This document shows positions 45,927 through 55,711 of a stretch of DNA of 64,000 bases, piece after piece (within the stretch, counting starts at the first letter, position 1; each line of letters begins with the position of its first letter). Position numbers and translations under genes: made by a program. The stretch covers positions 2,524,616 through 2,588,615 of the forward strand of contig OZ245843.1 in the NCBI GenBank assembly GCA_965228875.1, read 5' to 3'. Source of the DNA: Thalassobaculaceae bacterium (GTDB lineage Bacteria; Pseudomonadota; Alphaproteobacteria; Thalassobaculales; Thalassobaculaceae). The notes below the pieces were generated by a model that was not told the DNA's origin, made no database searches, and saw only the letters and a program-made list of their open reading frames with translations.

Positions 45927-47980
45927 CCCTGACCTCCCTCGTTCAGCACGCCGAGGCGCGCGAGCACGCCGCGCACCGTGGCGAGCGTGTCGTCGCCGGC
46001 GAAGACGTAACCGTCGATCCCGGCCTTCGCCCACGCCGCCTCGCGGTCGCCCGCCCGGCCGGCCAGAAGCACCTCGCGGGCCCCGGCCGCCTTCAGCGCC
46101 CCGGCGGTTTCCGCCGCCCTGTCCGCGTAAATCGTATCACTGGAGCAGATGACGGCCAAATCGGTGCCGGCCCCGGCCAGCGCCGCCTTCAGGTCGCCGG
46201 TATCTCCGTCCGCGTCGACGCAGGCGATGCCGCCCGTGCCCAGGTGATTGCGCGCGAAGGTCGCCCGCGCGGTCGACATCGCCGGGCCGCCGAGCAGCAC
46301 CAGCAGCGCCGTCGGCCGGCTCGGAGCGGCGTCGCTGGCATCGCGCAGGGCCTCGAACGCCTCACCCAGGCGGTGGGCCGCCGGCGCCTCCACGGTCTCG
46401 CCGGCCACCCCGTCCTCCAGACCGAGCAACGCCGCGAGGTCGGCACCGACTCCGGCGATCTCGACCCGGTTGCCGAACGTCGCATGCGGGGCGACCACGC
46501 TGCCGCGGGTCGCCAGCAGGCCGCCGGCGGTCGCCACCAGCGCGGCGCGGTCCACCGCCTCGATATCGACCGGCGCCTCGTCCACCTTGGGGAAGGCGTT
46601 GACGCCGGTGAGTTCCTCGCGCCGGCCGGCGATCCGGCGTTCGCGCTCGGCCCAGGCCTCCGCGCATTCCGCGGCGACCGCGCCCGAGGTCAGGTGCGCG
46701 GCCATGCCGCCGGCCGCCTCGATGGCGCGGAACCGCTCCCACGCCCGCTCGGCGAGCTGGTCGGTCAGGCTCTCGACGTACCAGCTTCCGCCGGCCGGAT
46801 CGCCGACCTTCGCCAGGTTGCTCTCCTCGGCCAGGATCACCTGGGTGTTGCGGGCGATGCGCCGGGCGAACCCGTCGGGCAGGCCGCGGGCGTGGCTGTA
46901 GGGCAGGACCGTGATGCTGTCCGCTCCGCCGACGCCGCCGGCGAAGGTCGCCACGGTGGCGCGCAGCATGTTCACCCAGGGATCGCGCCCGGCCCAGGCG
47001 TTCGGCGCGGTCACCACGTGCAGCCGCATCGACCGGTCGCCCTCGGCGACGCCGCAGGCGCCGAGCACCTCGGCCCAGAGCCGCCGCGCGGCCCGCAGCT
47101 TGGCGATGCCGAGGAAGACGTCGACGCCGACCGGCAGCGAGAACTCGATCTGCGCCGCCGCCCGCTCGACCGGCAGGCCCTGCGCCTCCATCGCCCGCAG
47201 ATAGGCGACGCCGGTAGCCAGGGCATAGGCCAGGTCCATCGCCTCGTTCGCCCCGGCCCCGTGATAGGGCGAGGTGTCGACGGAGACCGCCGTCACCTTC
47301 GGGAAGGTCTCGCCCACGTGGTCGGCGAGCTGGGCCATGCGGGTCATGGACTGCGACAGCGGCTCCGGCAGCACGCCCTCGCCGGCCAGCGCCCCGAGCG
47401 GGTCGGCGCCGAGATGGCCAAGCACCTGGCGACGGTCCAGCCCGCGCTTGTCCCAGAGCGCGTTCAGCATCGCCGCGGTGGCGAAGAACGCCCCGCCCGG
47501 CTGCAGCGCCACGACGGCGGCGTCCAGGTAGACCCCGTTCAGCGCCGCCTCGAAGGCGCCGACCGCATGCAGCAGCACGCCGTCGTCGCCCGCGTTGGCG
47601 GGATCGGTCAGTGCGGTGCCGCCGCGCCGGCCGGCCCGGTCGAGCCGCAGGATCACGGAGGTGGCGCCACGCTCAAGGTCGGCGAGCACCGCCTTGTTGA
47701 CGGCCCCCGGATCCGGATGGGCATGGAGCTGGCGGATGTCCCAGCCGGCCGCGACCCGCGCCAGCGCGCCGGCATTGCGCGTGGCGGCATCGGCGGGCGG
47801 CCCGACGGCGTCGGCGGCGTAGATCGGATCGGTCACGATCCCTTCGGCCAGGCGCCGGGTCAGCGCCTTGTCGAAGGGCGCGCCCTTGAGGGCCGCCTCG
47901 GCCAGCGCCCGCCACGCATCGCGGTCGGCCGCGGGAAAGTCGGCGGCCAGCGTCAGCTGCTCGGTATCGGCGTCGGTCAT
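45923..47980 (-). CDS. mutA: Methylmalonyl-CoA mutase small (beta) subunit
   Basis: [30 protein letters not shown]; lacks the DxHxxG motif; ATGA overlap with scpA. Confidence 0.9.
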   Translation of the reverse strand: MTDADTEQLTLAADFPAADRDAWRALAEAALKGAPFDKALTRRLAEGIVTDPIYAADAVGPPADAATRNAGALARVAAGWDIRQLHAHPDPGAVNKAVLADLERGATSVILRLDRAGRRGGTALTDPANAGDDGVLLHAVGAFEAALNGVYLDAAVVALQPGGAFFATAAMLNALWDKRGLDRRQVLGHLGADPLGALAGEGVLPEPLSQSMTRMAQLADHVGETFPKVTAVSVDTSPYHGAGANEAMDLAYALATGVAYLRAMEAQGLPVERAAAQIEFSLPVGVDVFLGIAKLRAARRLWAEVLGACGVAEGDRSMRLHVVTAPNAWAGRDPWVNMLRATVATFAGGVGGADSITVLPYSHARGLPDGFARRIARNTQVILAEESNLAKVGDPAGGSWYVESLTDQLAERAWERFRAIEAAGGMAAHLTSGAVAAECAEAWAERERRIAGRREELTGVNAFPKVDEAPVDIEAVDRAALVATAGGLLATRGSVVAPHATFGNRVEIAGVGADLAALLGLEDGVAGETVEAPAAHRLGEAFEALRDASDAAPSRPTALLVLLGGPAMSTARATFARNHLGTGGIACVDADGDTGDLKAALAGAGTDLAVICSSDTIYADRAAETAGALKAAGAREVLLAGRAGDREAAWAKAGIDGYVFAGDDTLATVRGVLARLGVLNEGGQG

Positions 47981-48075
47981 CGCACTCCCCATACCCCGCC
48001 CCATGGCCTTCGGGGGCGGCACGTTGGCCTTTGAGATACGACTTGCACGCGGATCAGGCAACTCACGGCGGATTG

Positions 48076-48111
48076 CCGCAGGGTCAACCCCAGGGTCAGC
48101 CGCAGGGTCAA
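48076..48111. repeat. Tandem repeat 3 x 12 bp (CC(G/C)CAGGGTCA(A/G)) in the divergent intergenic region
   Basis: Read directly from sequence. Confidence 0.8.
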
Positions 48112-48164
48112 CTGGATCGTCCGCGGCCCGTGACCCGGCGCGCGGTTGATGGCAAAAGGGCACG

Positions 48165-49073
48165 ATGGCTCCGAGCGACGAAACCCGACCGAATTGGATC
48201 GGCCCCGCCCTGGCGACGGTGGTCCTGCTGGTGCTGGTCGCCACCTCGGCCGGCGGCGCGAACTGGCAGCTCACGGCCGTGGTCCTGGTCACCGTCGCGG
48301 TCGTCGTCGCGATGCTGCACCGCGTACTGCCGGGAAGCCGGTTCTTCTCTATCACCTTCGCCAACGCGATCAGCGTCTACGCCTGCGTCTACGTCTCCTT
48401 CCTGGAGGCCCGGTTCGAGCCGGCGGCGCGGTCGGTCGAGGTCGCCGCCTTCCTGCTGCCGATCCTGGGCTTCGCGCTCGCCGTCTACGTCCGCCGCCGG
48501 GGCATCCGCTCGATCATCCTGTCGGAGCATCCCAGGATCGAGACCCGTTTCGGGCGCGCCTTCCTGTGGCTGGTGCCCGTGGCGGCGATCGGCGTCCTCA
48601 ACTTCCTGGTGCCGCTGGAGAGCTGGGAGGCGAGCATGCGCGAGGCCTGGCTGCTCGGCGCGATGGCGGCGGTCGCCCTGATCGTCTTCTTCGCCGGCCA
48701 CAGCGTCGCGGTGTTCCTGGCCGACACTGGACTGCTGTTCGAGGATTTCTATTCCAGCGCCGCGCGGCTGATCAAACCGACCTTCGCCTTCCTGACCTTC
48801 TACTCGCTGATCGTCGTGGTGTTCGCCGCCCTGTACCGGCTGATCGACCGCTTCGACGGCACCGACACCTTCGTCGTGCACGGCACCACCCGGGCCATCG
48901 GCTTCGCCGAGAGCCTGTACTTCTCCATCGTCACGCTGTCGACGGTGGGCTATGGAGACATCGTGCCGCTGACCTATGCGGTGCGGGCGGTGGTCGCGGT
49001 GCAGATCGTCGCCGGAATCGTCCTGCTGCTGTTCGGCGTGCAGGCCCTGCTCCGCGCCACGCGGGACGCCTAG
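48165..49073 (+). CDS. Potassium channel family protein (Ion_trans_2)
   Basis: SLYFSIVTLSTVGYGD selectivity filter, several TM segments. Confidence 0.9.
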   Translation: MAPSDETRPNWIGPALATVVLLVLVATSAGGANWQLTAVVLVTVAVVVAMLHRVLPGSRFFSITFANAISVYACVYVSFLEARFEPAARSVEVAAFLLPILGFALAVYVRRRGIRSIILSEHPRIETRFGRAFLWLVPVAAIGVLNFLVPLESWEASMREAWLLGAMAAVALIVFFAGHSVAVFLADTGLLFEDFYSSAARLIKPTFAFLTFYSLIVVVFAALYRLIDRFDGTDTFVVHGTTRAIGFAESLYFSIVTLSTVGYGDIVPLTYAVRAVVAVQIVAGIVLLLFGVQALLRATRDA

Positions 49074-49113
49074 CCGCGCGCCGCGCCCCGCCACCGACCG
49101 ACGCCGAGGCCGA

Positions 49114-50619
49114 ATGACCTCCCCCGCTTCCCCCCTTTCCGACCTCAACCACCTGCGCATCGCGCTCGCCTGGGTGGTCGGACTGACCGCGCTGCGGCTG
49201 TTCGCCAACGGGCTGACCGGCCTCGAGCTGTACGGCGACGAGGCGCAGTACTGGTCGTGGGCGCAGGTGCCCGATCTCGGCTACTTCACCAAGCCGCCGC
49301 TGCTGGCCTGGATCATCGCCGCCACCACGGCGGTCTGCGGCGACGGCGAGGCCTGCGTGCGGGCGTCCTCGCCGCTGCTGCACGCCGGCACCGCGATGGC
49401 GCTCTACGGGCTCGGGCGGACGGTGGCCGACAGCCGGGTGGCGATGTGGTCGGCCCTGCTCTGGATCACCCTGCCGTCGATCGCCTTCTCCAGCCTGATC
49501 GTGTCGACCGACGTGCCGCTGCTGTTCTGCTGGAGCGTGGCGATCGCCGCCTACCGGCGCACCCTCGACACCCGCTCGTGGCGCTGGGCGGCAGTCGCCG
49601 GCGTCGCGATCGGCCTCGGCCTGCTGGCGAAGTACGCGATGGCGTACGCGATGCTCGGCATCGCCCTGCATCTGCTGCTGGCGCCGCGCGACCGCTGGAT
49701 CCTGCGCGACCCGCGCGGCGGCCTGATCTTGGTCCTCGCCGTCGTGGTGCTGTCGCCGAACCTGCTGTGGAACGTCGCCAACGATTTCGCCACCGTCGCC
49801 CATCTCGGCGACAACACCAACCTCGGTGCCGACCCGTCGAAGAAGTACCGCGTGTCCAAGGCGCTGCAGTTCCTCGGCGAGCAGGCCGGCGTGTTCGGAC
49901 CGCTGCCCTTCGCCATCCTGGCCTGGCGCATCGTCGCCTGGCTGCGCGGCCGGGCGAGCGAGGCCGAGGCGTTCCTGCTGGCGGTCGCCGTGCCGCCGCT
50001 CGCGGTCATCACGGTGCAGGCGTTCCTGTCGCGGGCCAACGCCAATTGGGCGGCCACCGCCTATCCGACGGCGACGGTCCTGGTGGCCCTGTGGCTCGTC
50101 ACGGCCGCGCCGCGCTGGCTGCGCTACGCGACGGTCGCGCCGCACCTGGCCGCCAGCCTCGCCTTCGCCGTGGTGATCGCCGTCTGGCCGGTCTGGCGCC
50201 TCGCGGAGACCGATCGCGGCTTCTCGCGGATGAGCGGCTGGAAGGAGGTGGCCGAGGCGGCCCGGCCCGACGTTCTCACCCATCCGGACCTGCCGGTGCT
50301 GATGACCGACCGGCTGGCCATGGCGTCGATGCTGTACTACATGCGCGACCAGCTCGGCCCCGGCGAACAGATTCCGGGTCGGCGGCCGGTTTACATGTGG
50401 GACTGGAACCTGCGGCCGGAGCACCACTACGAGCTCGCCGTCCCGTTCGATCCGGACCGAACCGACCCGGCCCTGCTGATCACCGAGTGGGAGCGCCCGG
50501 CCGCGATCCTCGACCGCTTCGAGATCGCCGAGCAGGTGCGGGTGATCTCGGTCACCAGCTTCGGGCGGACCCGGCGGCTGGAGGTCTGGCGCGTCGCCGG
50601 GTTCAAGGGGCGGGAGTAG
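49114..50619 (+). CDS. ArnT/PMT_2-like membrane glycosyltransferase (GT-C)
   Basis: DEAQYW.W...GYFTKPP, STDVPL, GLLAKY, PNLLWN. Confidence 0.88.
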   Translation: MTSPASPLSDLNHLRIALAWVVGLTALRLFANGLTGLELYGDEAQYWSWAQVPDLGYFTKPPLLAWIIAATTAVCGDGEACVRASSPLLHAGTAMALYGLGRTVADSRVAMWSALLWITLPSIAFSSLIVSTDVPLLFCWSVAIAAYRRTLDTRSWRWAAVAGVAIGLGLLAKYAMAYAMLGIALHLLLAPRDRWILRDPRGGLILVLAVVVLSPNLLWNVANDFATVAHLGDNTNLGADPSKKYRVSKALQFLGEQAGVFGPLPFAILAWRIVAWLRGRASEAEAFLLAVAVPPLAVITVQAFLSRANANWAATAYPTATVLVALWLVTAAPRWLRYATVAPHLAASLAFAVVIAVWPVWRLAETDRGFSRMSGWKEVAEAARPDVLTHPDLPVLMTDRLAMASMLYYMRDQLGPGEQIPGRRPVYMWDWNLRPEHHYELAVPFDPDRTDPALLITEWERPAAILDRFEIAEQVRVISVTSFGRTRRLEVWRVAGFKGRE

Positions 50620-52264
50620 GCGCCTCCGCAAGGAGCCGGCCGGCCTCGATCCGCACCACGCGGTCCATCGCCGCGGCCGCCGCCGGCCGGTGGGTGATCA
50701 TCACCACGGTCTTCCCGGCCATCGCCGGCCGCAGCCCGTCGAGCACCGCGCGTTCGGTCTCGGCGTCGAGGCCTTCGGTCGGCTCGTCGAGCAGCAGGAT
50801 CGGAGCGTCGCGCAGGATCACCCGGGCGAGCGCGATGCGCCGTGCCTCGCCGCCGGAGACCGCGACCCCCGCCTCGCCGAGCCAGGTGTCGAGCCCGTCC
50901 GGCAGATCCGCCACGAACCGCGCCAGCCCCGCCGTGCGCAGCGCCCGGCCGATCGCCTCGGGGCGCGCGTCGGGCGAGCCCAGGGTCACGTTGTCGCGCA
51001 AGGTCCCGGCGAGGATCGGCGTGCCCTGGGACAAGACGCCGAGCCGGGCGCGGTGCGCCGCCAGGGCAAGGTCGCGCAGGTCGGTGCCGCCGATCCGCAC
51101 GCTTCCCGCGTCGGGATCGTGGAACCGCATCAGCAGGGCGAACAGGGTCGACTTGCCGGCGCCCGACGGGCCGATCACCGCCAGCCGCTCGCCGCCCGCG
51201 ACCGTCAGGTCGACGCCCTCCAGCGCCGGCCCGTCGGTGCCGGGATAGGCGAAGCGCACGCCCTCGACGCGGATGTCGCCGGCCGACGGCACGGCGGCCG
51301 GTCGCGGCGGGTCGGCGACCGCCGGCGGCGTCTGCGCCACCGCGCGCAGGCGCCGAGCGGCTTCCCGGACCCGGCCCAGCATCTGGTAGGCGACCGGCAG
51401 CGGGGCGACCGCCTCGAACGCGGCGAGGGTGACGAAAGCGGCGATGGCCAGCATCGGCCCGGCCGCCTGTCCGGAGAATTCCGCCCCGACACCCGCCCCG
51501 ACCCCCACCAGCAGCACCGCGACCAGCGCCGCCTGGGTCAGGACCTGGGAGGCGGCGGTGCCGAGGGCGGCGAGCAGCGCCTGGCGCCGCACGATGCGGC
51601 CATGGGCGTCGCCGGCCCGATCGGCGGCCGCCAGTGCGGCGTCCACCGCGCCGTTGGCGATCAGGTCGGTCAGGCCCTGGGCGAGATCGATCGTCTGCTG
51701 GCGCAGATCCGCCGCCGCCCTGACCTGAGCGGCGCCGAGGCCGCGCCCGGCCCGCTCGGCCAGCGCGGGGACGCCGAGCCCGGCCAGCGCCAGCACGATC
51801 AGCACGACGACGGCGACCGGCGGTGCCGCCATCGACAAAACCATCGCCAGCGTCGCCGCCGCCAGCAGCGCCACCACGCTCGGCGTCAGCAGCTGGATGT
51901 AGAGCCCGTCCAGCGCGTCGACATCGCCCACCAGCCGCGACAGCAGATCGCCGGCCCGCAGCCCGCCGATGCGGCCCGGGACCAGCGGCGCGACCCGGTC
52001 GAAGAACCATAGCCGGATATCGGCGAGAATGCGGAAGGTCGCCTCGTGGGTGGTCAGCTTCTCCAGGTACCGGGCCGCCGCGCGGCCGAGGGCGAGGGGA
52101 CGCAGCAGCCAGGCGGCACCGGCCATAACGCCGGCGGCGACGGCCCCCACCAGGCCCAGCAGCGCGAGCCCGAGGGCGACAACCGCCAGCGCGAACAGGC
52201 CGCCCAGCAGCATCCAGCCGGCCCGGCGGGCGGTCAGGCGCAGGAAGAAGACGATGTCAGCCAT
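50603..52264 (-). CDS. cydC: Thiol reductant ABC exporter subunit CydC
   Basis: RAAARYLEKL.THEATFR, GDLLSRLV.DVD.LD, Walker A GPSGAGKST, SGGE, LLDEPTEGLD. Confidence 0.92.
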   Translation of the reverse strand: MADIVFFLRLTARRAGWMLLGGLFALAVVALGLALLGLVGAVAAGVMAGAAWLLRPLALGRAAARYLEKLTTHEATFRILADIRLWFFDRVAPLVPGRIGGLRAGDLLSRLVGDVDALDGLYIQLLTPSVVALLAAATLAMVLSMAAPPVAVVVLIVLALAGLGVPALAERAGRGLGAAQVRAAADLRQQTIDLAQGLTDLIANGAVDAALAAADRAGDAHGRIVRRQALLAALGTAASQVLTQAALVAVLLVGVGAGVGAEFSGQAAGPMLAIAAFVTLAAFEAVAPLPVAYQMLGRVREAARRLRAVAQTPPAVADPPRPAAVPSAGDIRVEGVRFAYPGTDGPALEGVDLTVAGGERLAVIGPSGAGKSTLFALLMRFHDPDAGSVRIGGTDLRDLALAAHRARLGVLSQGTPILAGTLRDNVTLGSPDARPEAIGRALRTAGLARFVADLPDGLDTWLGEAGVAVSGGEARRIALARVILRDAPILLLDEPTEGLDAETERAVLDGLRPAMAGKTVVMITHRPAAAAAMDRVVRIEAGRLLAEAPTPAP

Positions 52265-53993
52265 CGCCGCGCTCCGCGACCGGCCGTCCGCGTTCCAGGC
52301 GGACCACCCGGTCGGCCATGGCCATCACGGCCGGCGAGTGGGTGGCGACGATCACCGTGCGCCCGGATGCCAGGGTGCGAAGCGCCGCCAGGACCGCCGC
52401 CTCGCTGTCGGCGTCGAGATTGGCCGTGGGCTCGTCGAGCAGCACCAGCGGCGCGGCACGAACCAGGGCGCGGGCGAGGGCCACGCGACGGGCCTCGCCG
52501 CCCGAAAGCATGCGCCCACCCTCACCGATCCGGGTCTCCAGGCCCTCGGGCAGCCGGTCGACCACGGCCCCGAGCCCGGCAGCCGCGACCGCGCTCGCGA
52601 CCGCGCCGTCATCGGCGTCCGGCCGGCCAAGGATGAGATTGTCCCGCAGCGTCGCCGACAGGATGCGCACCGCCTGCCCGGCCCAGGCGGTCGACGCGAT
52701 CAGCGCGCGTCCCTCCAGCGCCCGCCCGTCGACCCGGATCGCGCCGGCGCTCGGCCGGCGAAGGCCGAGCAGAAGTGCGAGCAGCGACGACTTGCCGGAC
52801 CCGCTGGCGCCGACCAGGGCGACCACCTCGCCCGGCGCGATCTCCAGGGTCACCGCCTCCAGCGCCGCCCGGCGCCCGCCCGGATAGGCCAGCGACACGT
52901 CGTCGAACACGATCCGCGGCGGTCCGGACAGGACCATCGGGTCGCCGTCGGCCGGCACCGCCTCGGCGGCGTCCAGCACCTCCAGGATCGCCTCCGCCGC
53001 GCCGACCGCCGCCGCCTTGTCGTGATAGTGCGCGCCGAGCCGGCGCAGGGGCTGAAACACCTCCGGCACCAGGATCAGCAGGAACAGGCCCATGACCAGG
53101 TCCATCGCGCCACCGATCAGGCCGTCCGCCAGATGCACGGCCACAAGGGCCAGCGCCAGGGAGGCCAGCAGCTCCAACGCCGTGGTCGACAGGAAGGCAA
53201 GACGCAGCACGCCCATGGTGCGCCGGCGCAGGTCGTCCGACACCGCCCGCATCCGCGCCCGCTCGCGGTCGATCTCGCCGAACAGGGTCAGCGTGGCGAG
53301 GCCCTGCAGCCGGTCGAGGAAATAGCCGTTGGCCCGCTTCAGGGCGGTGATCTGAGCCCGCGCCCGAACGCCGGTGCGCCAACCGATCAGCCCCATGATC
53401 GCCGGCGTGAGCGCCCCCGCCGCCAGCAGCATCCAACCCGACGGCGGATCGACCAGGAACACCGGGATCAGGAGGGCGACGGGCACCGCGGCGGCCAGGA
53501 TCTGCGCCGGGTAGAACCGCGCGACGAAGCCGTCGAGCGCCGCGACCTGGTCGATGGCGGTCGCCGTCACCGACCCGCTGGCCCGCGTGTCGAGCCAGGC
53601 GGGGCCGAGCCGCGCCAACGCCGCCAGCACCTGGCCGCGGACCCGCCGCTTGACCCGGTGGGCCGCCGTGGCGCCGACCGCCCCGCCCAGGATCGAGAGC
53701 CCGCCCCGCAGCACGATCAGTCCGAGCGCGACCGCGGCATCCGGCGCCACCGCCGACAGGCCAGCGCCGGCGACCGCGTCGGCGATCAGCCCGGCGACGA
53801 TCCAGGCCTGCCAAACCGCGACGGCGGCGCCGGCGAGACCGACCGCGACCATGGCGGCGAGGGCCGCGCGTTCGCCGGTGCACAGCCGCTTCAGCCAGGC
53901 CGCGCGACGCCTTTCCGCCTGCCGGTCGGCGGCGGGCCGGGCGGGATCTACGGAGGCGGCGGGTGCCGGGGCGGACGCGGTGAGTTCGGCCAT
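52257..53993 (-). CDS. cydD: Thiol reductant ABC exporter subunit CydD
   Basis: FLDRLQGL.TL, TM.VLRLAFLS, PE.FQPLR.LG.HYH, GASGSGKS, LDEPTANLD. Confidence 0.92.
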   Translation of the reverse strand: MAELTASAPAPAASVDPARPAADRQAERRRAAWLKRLCTGERAALAAMVAVGLAGAAVAVWQAWIVAGLIADAVAGAGLSAVAPDAAVALGLIVLRGGLSILGGAVGATAAHRVKRRVRGQVLAALARLGPAWLDTRASGSVTATAIDQVAALDGFVARFYPAQILAAAVPVALLIPVFLVDPPSGWMLLAAGALTPAIMGLIGWRTGVRARAQITALKRANGYFLDRLQGLATLTLFGEIDRERARMRAVSDDLRRRTMGVLRLAFLSTTALELLASLALALVAVHLADGLIGGAMDLVMGLFLLILVPEVFQPLRRLGAHYHDKAAAVGAAEAILEVLDAAEAVPADGDPMVLSGPPRIVFDDVSLAYPGGRRAALEAVTLEIAPGEVVALVGASGSGKSSLLALLLGLRRPSAGAIRVDGRALEGRALIASTAWAGQAVRILSATLRDNLILGRPDADDGAVASAVAAAGLGAVVDRLPEGLETRIGEGGRMLSGGEARRVALARALVRAAPLVLLDEPTANLDADSEAAVLAALRTLASGRTVIVATHSPAVMAMADRVVRLERGRPVAERGDG

Positions 53994-54089
53994 CGGCGTT
54001 GCGGTAGCGCGCGGCCGGAACCCTGTCAAACCGCCTGTGAATGCGGGCGTGCGGTTGACATGGACGGTCCGAGCATCAATGTCCCCCCC

Positions 54090-55007
54090 ATGTCCCAGTC
54101 CGCACCTTCCGCCCTTGGAAAGGGGTCCGTCCGCCGCGTCGGCGTCGAGATCGAGTTCGGCGGCATCGACACGTCGGTCACCGCGCGCATCGTGCGCGAC
54201 ACGCTGGGCGGATCGGTGGAGCAGTTCGCCTCGCACACCGCGACGATTCGCGACACCGAGATCGGCGACGTGAAGGTCGAGCTGGACTGGTCCTGGATCC
54301 GACAGAGCGACGACGACGGCGGCGTCATCGACCAGACCAAGGAACTGCTGGCCGAACTCGGCCGCGACGTGGTGCCGACCGAGATCGTCACGCCGCCGCT
54401 GCCCGGAGAGCGGATCGACGCGCTCGACCGTCTGATGACCGCCCTGGCGGCCGGCGGCGCGAAGGGCACGCGCTCCGGCCTGCTCAACGGTTTCGGCCTG
54501 CACCTCAATCCGGAGCTCTGGGAGGCCGATCTGAACGCCCGCAGCCTGCGCCGCGTGATACAGGCGTACCTGCTGCTCTCGCCGGGCCTGCGGCGCGACA
54601 TCCAGGTCGACATCACCCGCACGATCCTGCCCTTCGTCGCCCCGTTCGGCGACGACTACCTCCGCCACATGCTCCGCCCCGACTACGATCCGGATCTCGA
54701 CCGGCTCATCGACGACTACATCGCCTTCAACCCGACCCGGAACCGGGAGCTGGACATGCTTCCGGTCTTCGCCCACCTGGACGGCGACCGCGTCCGCCGC
54801 AGCCTCAAGGACCCCAAGATCGCCAGCCGTCCAACCTTCCACTGGCGCCTGCCCAATGCCGATCTGGAGAATCCGGACTGGTCGATCGCCCACGAGTGGG
54901 AGCGCTGGCTTTCGGTGGAGGCGCTGGCCGTCGACACCGACCGGCTCACGCGGGAGATCGAGGCCTGGACAGCCAAGCAGGCGCGACCCTGGCTGGAGCG
55001 GATCTGA
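54090..55007 (+). CDS. Amidoligase (COOH-NH2 ligase type 2) family protein
   Basis: GVEIEF, EIVTPP, FGLHLNPE, NPTRNRELD, RPTFHWRLPN. Confidence 0.85.
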   Translation: MSQSAPSALGKGSVRRVGVEIEFGGIDTSVTARIVRDTLGGSVEQFASHTATIRDTEIGDVKVELDWSWIRQSDDDGGVIDQTKELLAELGRDVVPTEIVTPPLPGERIDALDRLMTALAAGGAKGTRSGLLNGFGLHLNPELWEADLNARSLRRVIQAYLLLSPGLRRDIQVDITRTILPFVAPFGDDYLRHMLRPDYDPDLDRLIDDYIAFNPTRNRELDMLPVFAHLDGDRVRRSLKDPKIASRPTFHWRLPNADLENPDWSIAHEWERWLSVEALAVDTDRLTREIEAWTAKQARPWLERI

Positions 55008-55711
55008 TGCGCCCCCGCATCGGCATCACCACCGGCCGCCGCAAGGGCCGGGCGATGCGCCTGGCCAACGCCCTCAACGTGTTCCTGGCCGGCGGCCGGC
55101 CGGTCACCATCGGCCCCGGCATCCGTGAGCGCTTCGACGGCCTGGACGGCCTCATCATCGGCGGCGGCGTCGACATCGAGGCGCGGCTCTACGGCCACGA
55201 CATCAGCGACGAGTGGCCCTACGACCCGGACCGCGACGCCCTGGAGATCGCCGGCCTCGACTGGGCCGACGCCCATGGCATCCCGGTGCTCGGCATCTGC
55301 CGCGGCATGCAGCTCATCAACGTCCATCGCGGCGGCACGCTGCTGCGCGACGTGGTCGCCGCCAAGCCCGACTACCGCAACCGCCGCTCGATCCTGCCGT
55401 GCAAGACGGCGAACATGGAGACGGCGTCGCTGCTGTCGCGCATCGCCGGTCCGGCTCCCCTGCGGATCAACGCCCTGCACCATCAGGCGGTCGACCGGGT
55501 CGGCCTCGGCCTGGTGGTATCGGCCCGCGAGACCGCCGGCTTCGTGCAGGCGGTGGAGGCGACGTCGGGCCCGCTGCGGTTGGGCGTGCAGTGGCATCCC
55601 GAGCTGCTCCCGTGGAGCGGCCGGCACCGATCGGTCTTCGTCACCCTGGTGCAGGCCGCCCGCGCCCGCGACTACCGGCAGCCGCCGATCCCCTCGGCGA
55701 TCAGGGCGTAG
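55007..55711 (+). CDS. Class I glutamine amidotransferase-like (peptidase C26 / PuuD-like) protein
   Basis: GGGVD, GICRGMQ, HHQAV, GVQWHPE triad. Confidence 0.92.
   Translation: MRPRIGITTGRRKGRAMRLANALNVFLAGGRPVTIGPGIRERFDGLDGLIIGGGVDIEARLYGHDISDEWPYDPDRDALEIAGLDWADAHGIPVLGICRGMQLINVHRGGTLLRDVVAAKPDYRNRRSILPCKTANMETASLLSRIAGPAPLRINALHHQAVDRVGLGLVVSARETAGFVQAVEATSGPLRLGVQWHPELLPWSGRHRSVFVTLVQAARARDYRQPPIPSAIRA

Noticed and set aside
47981..48164. Cobalamin riboswitch upstream of the methylmalonyl-CoA mutase operon
   Set aside because: No recognisable B12-box or conserved GGGAA/GCCACTG elements
51969..54089. N-terminal 707 codons of the 1012-aa plus-strand ORF, suggesting a giant amidoligase fusion
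   Set aside because: Antisense to cydD/cydC; amidoligase motifs start only after ATG 54090
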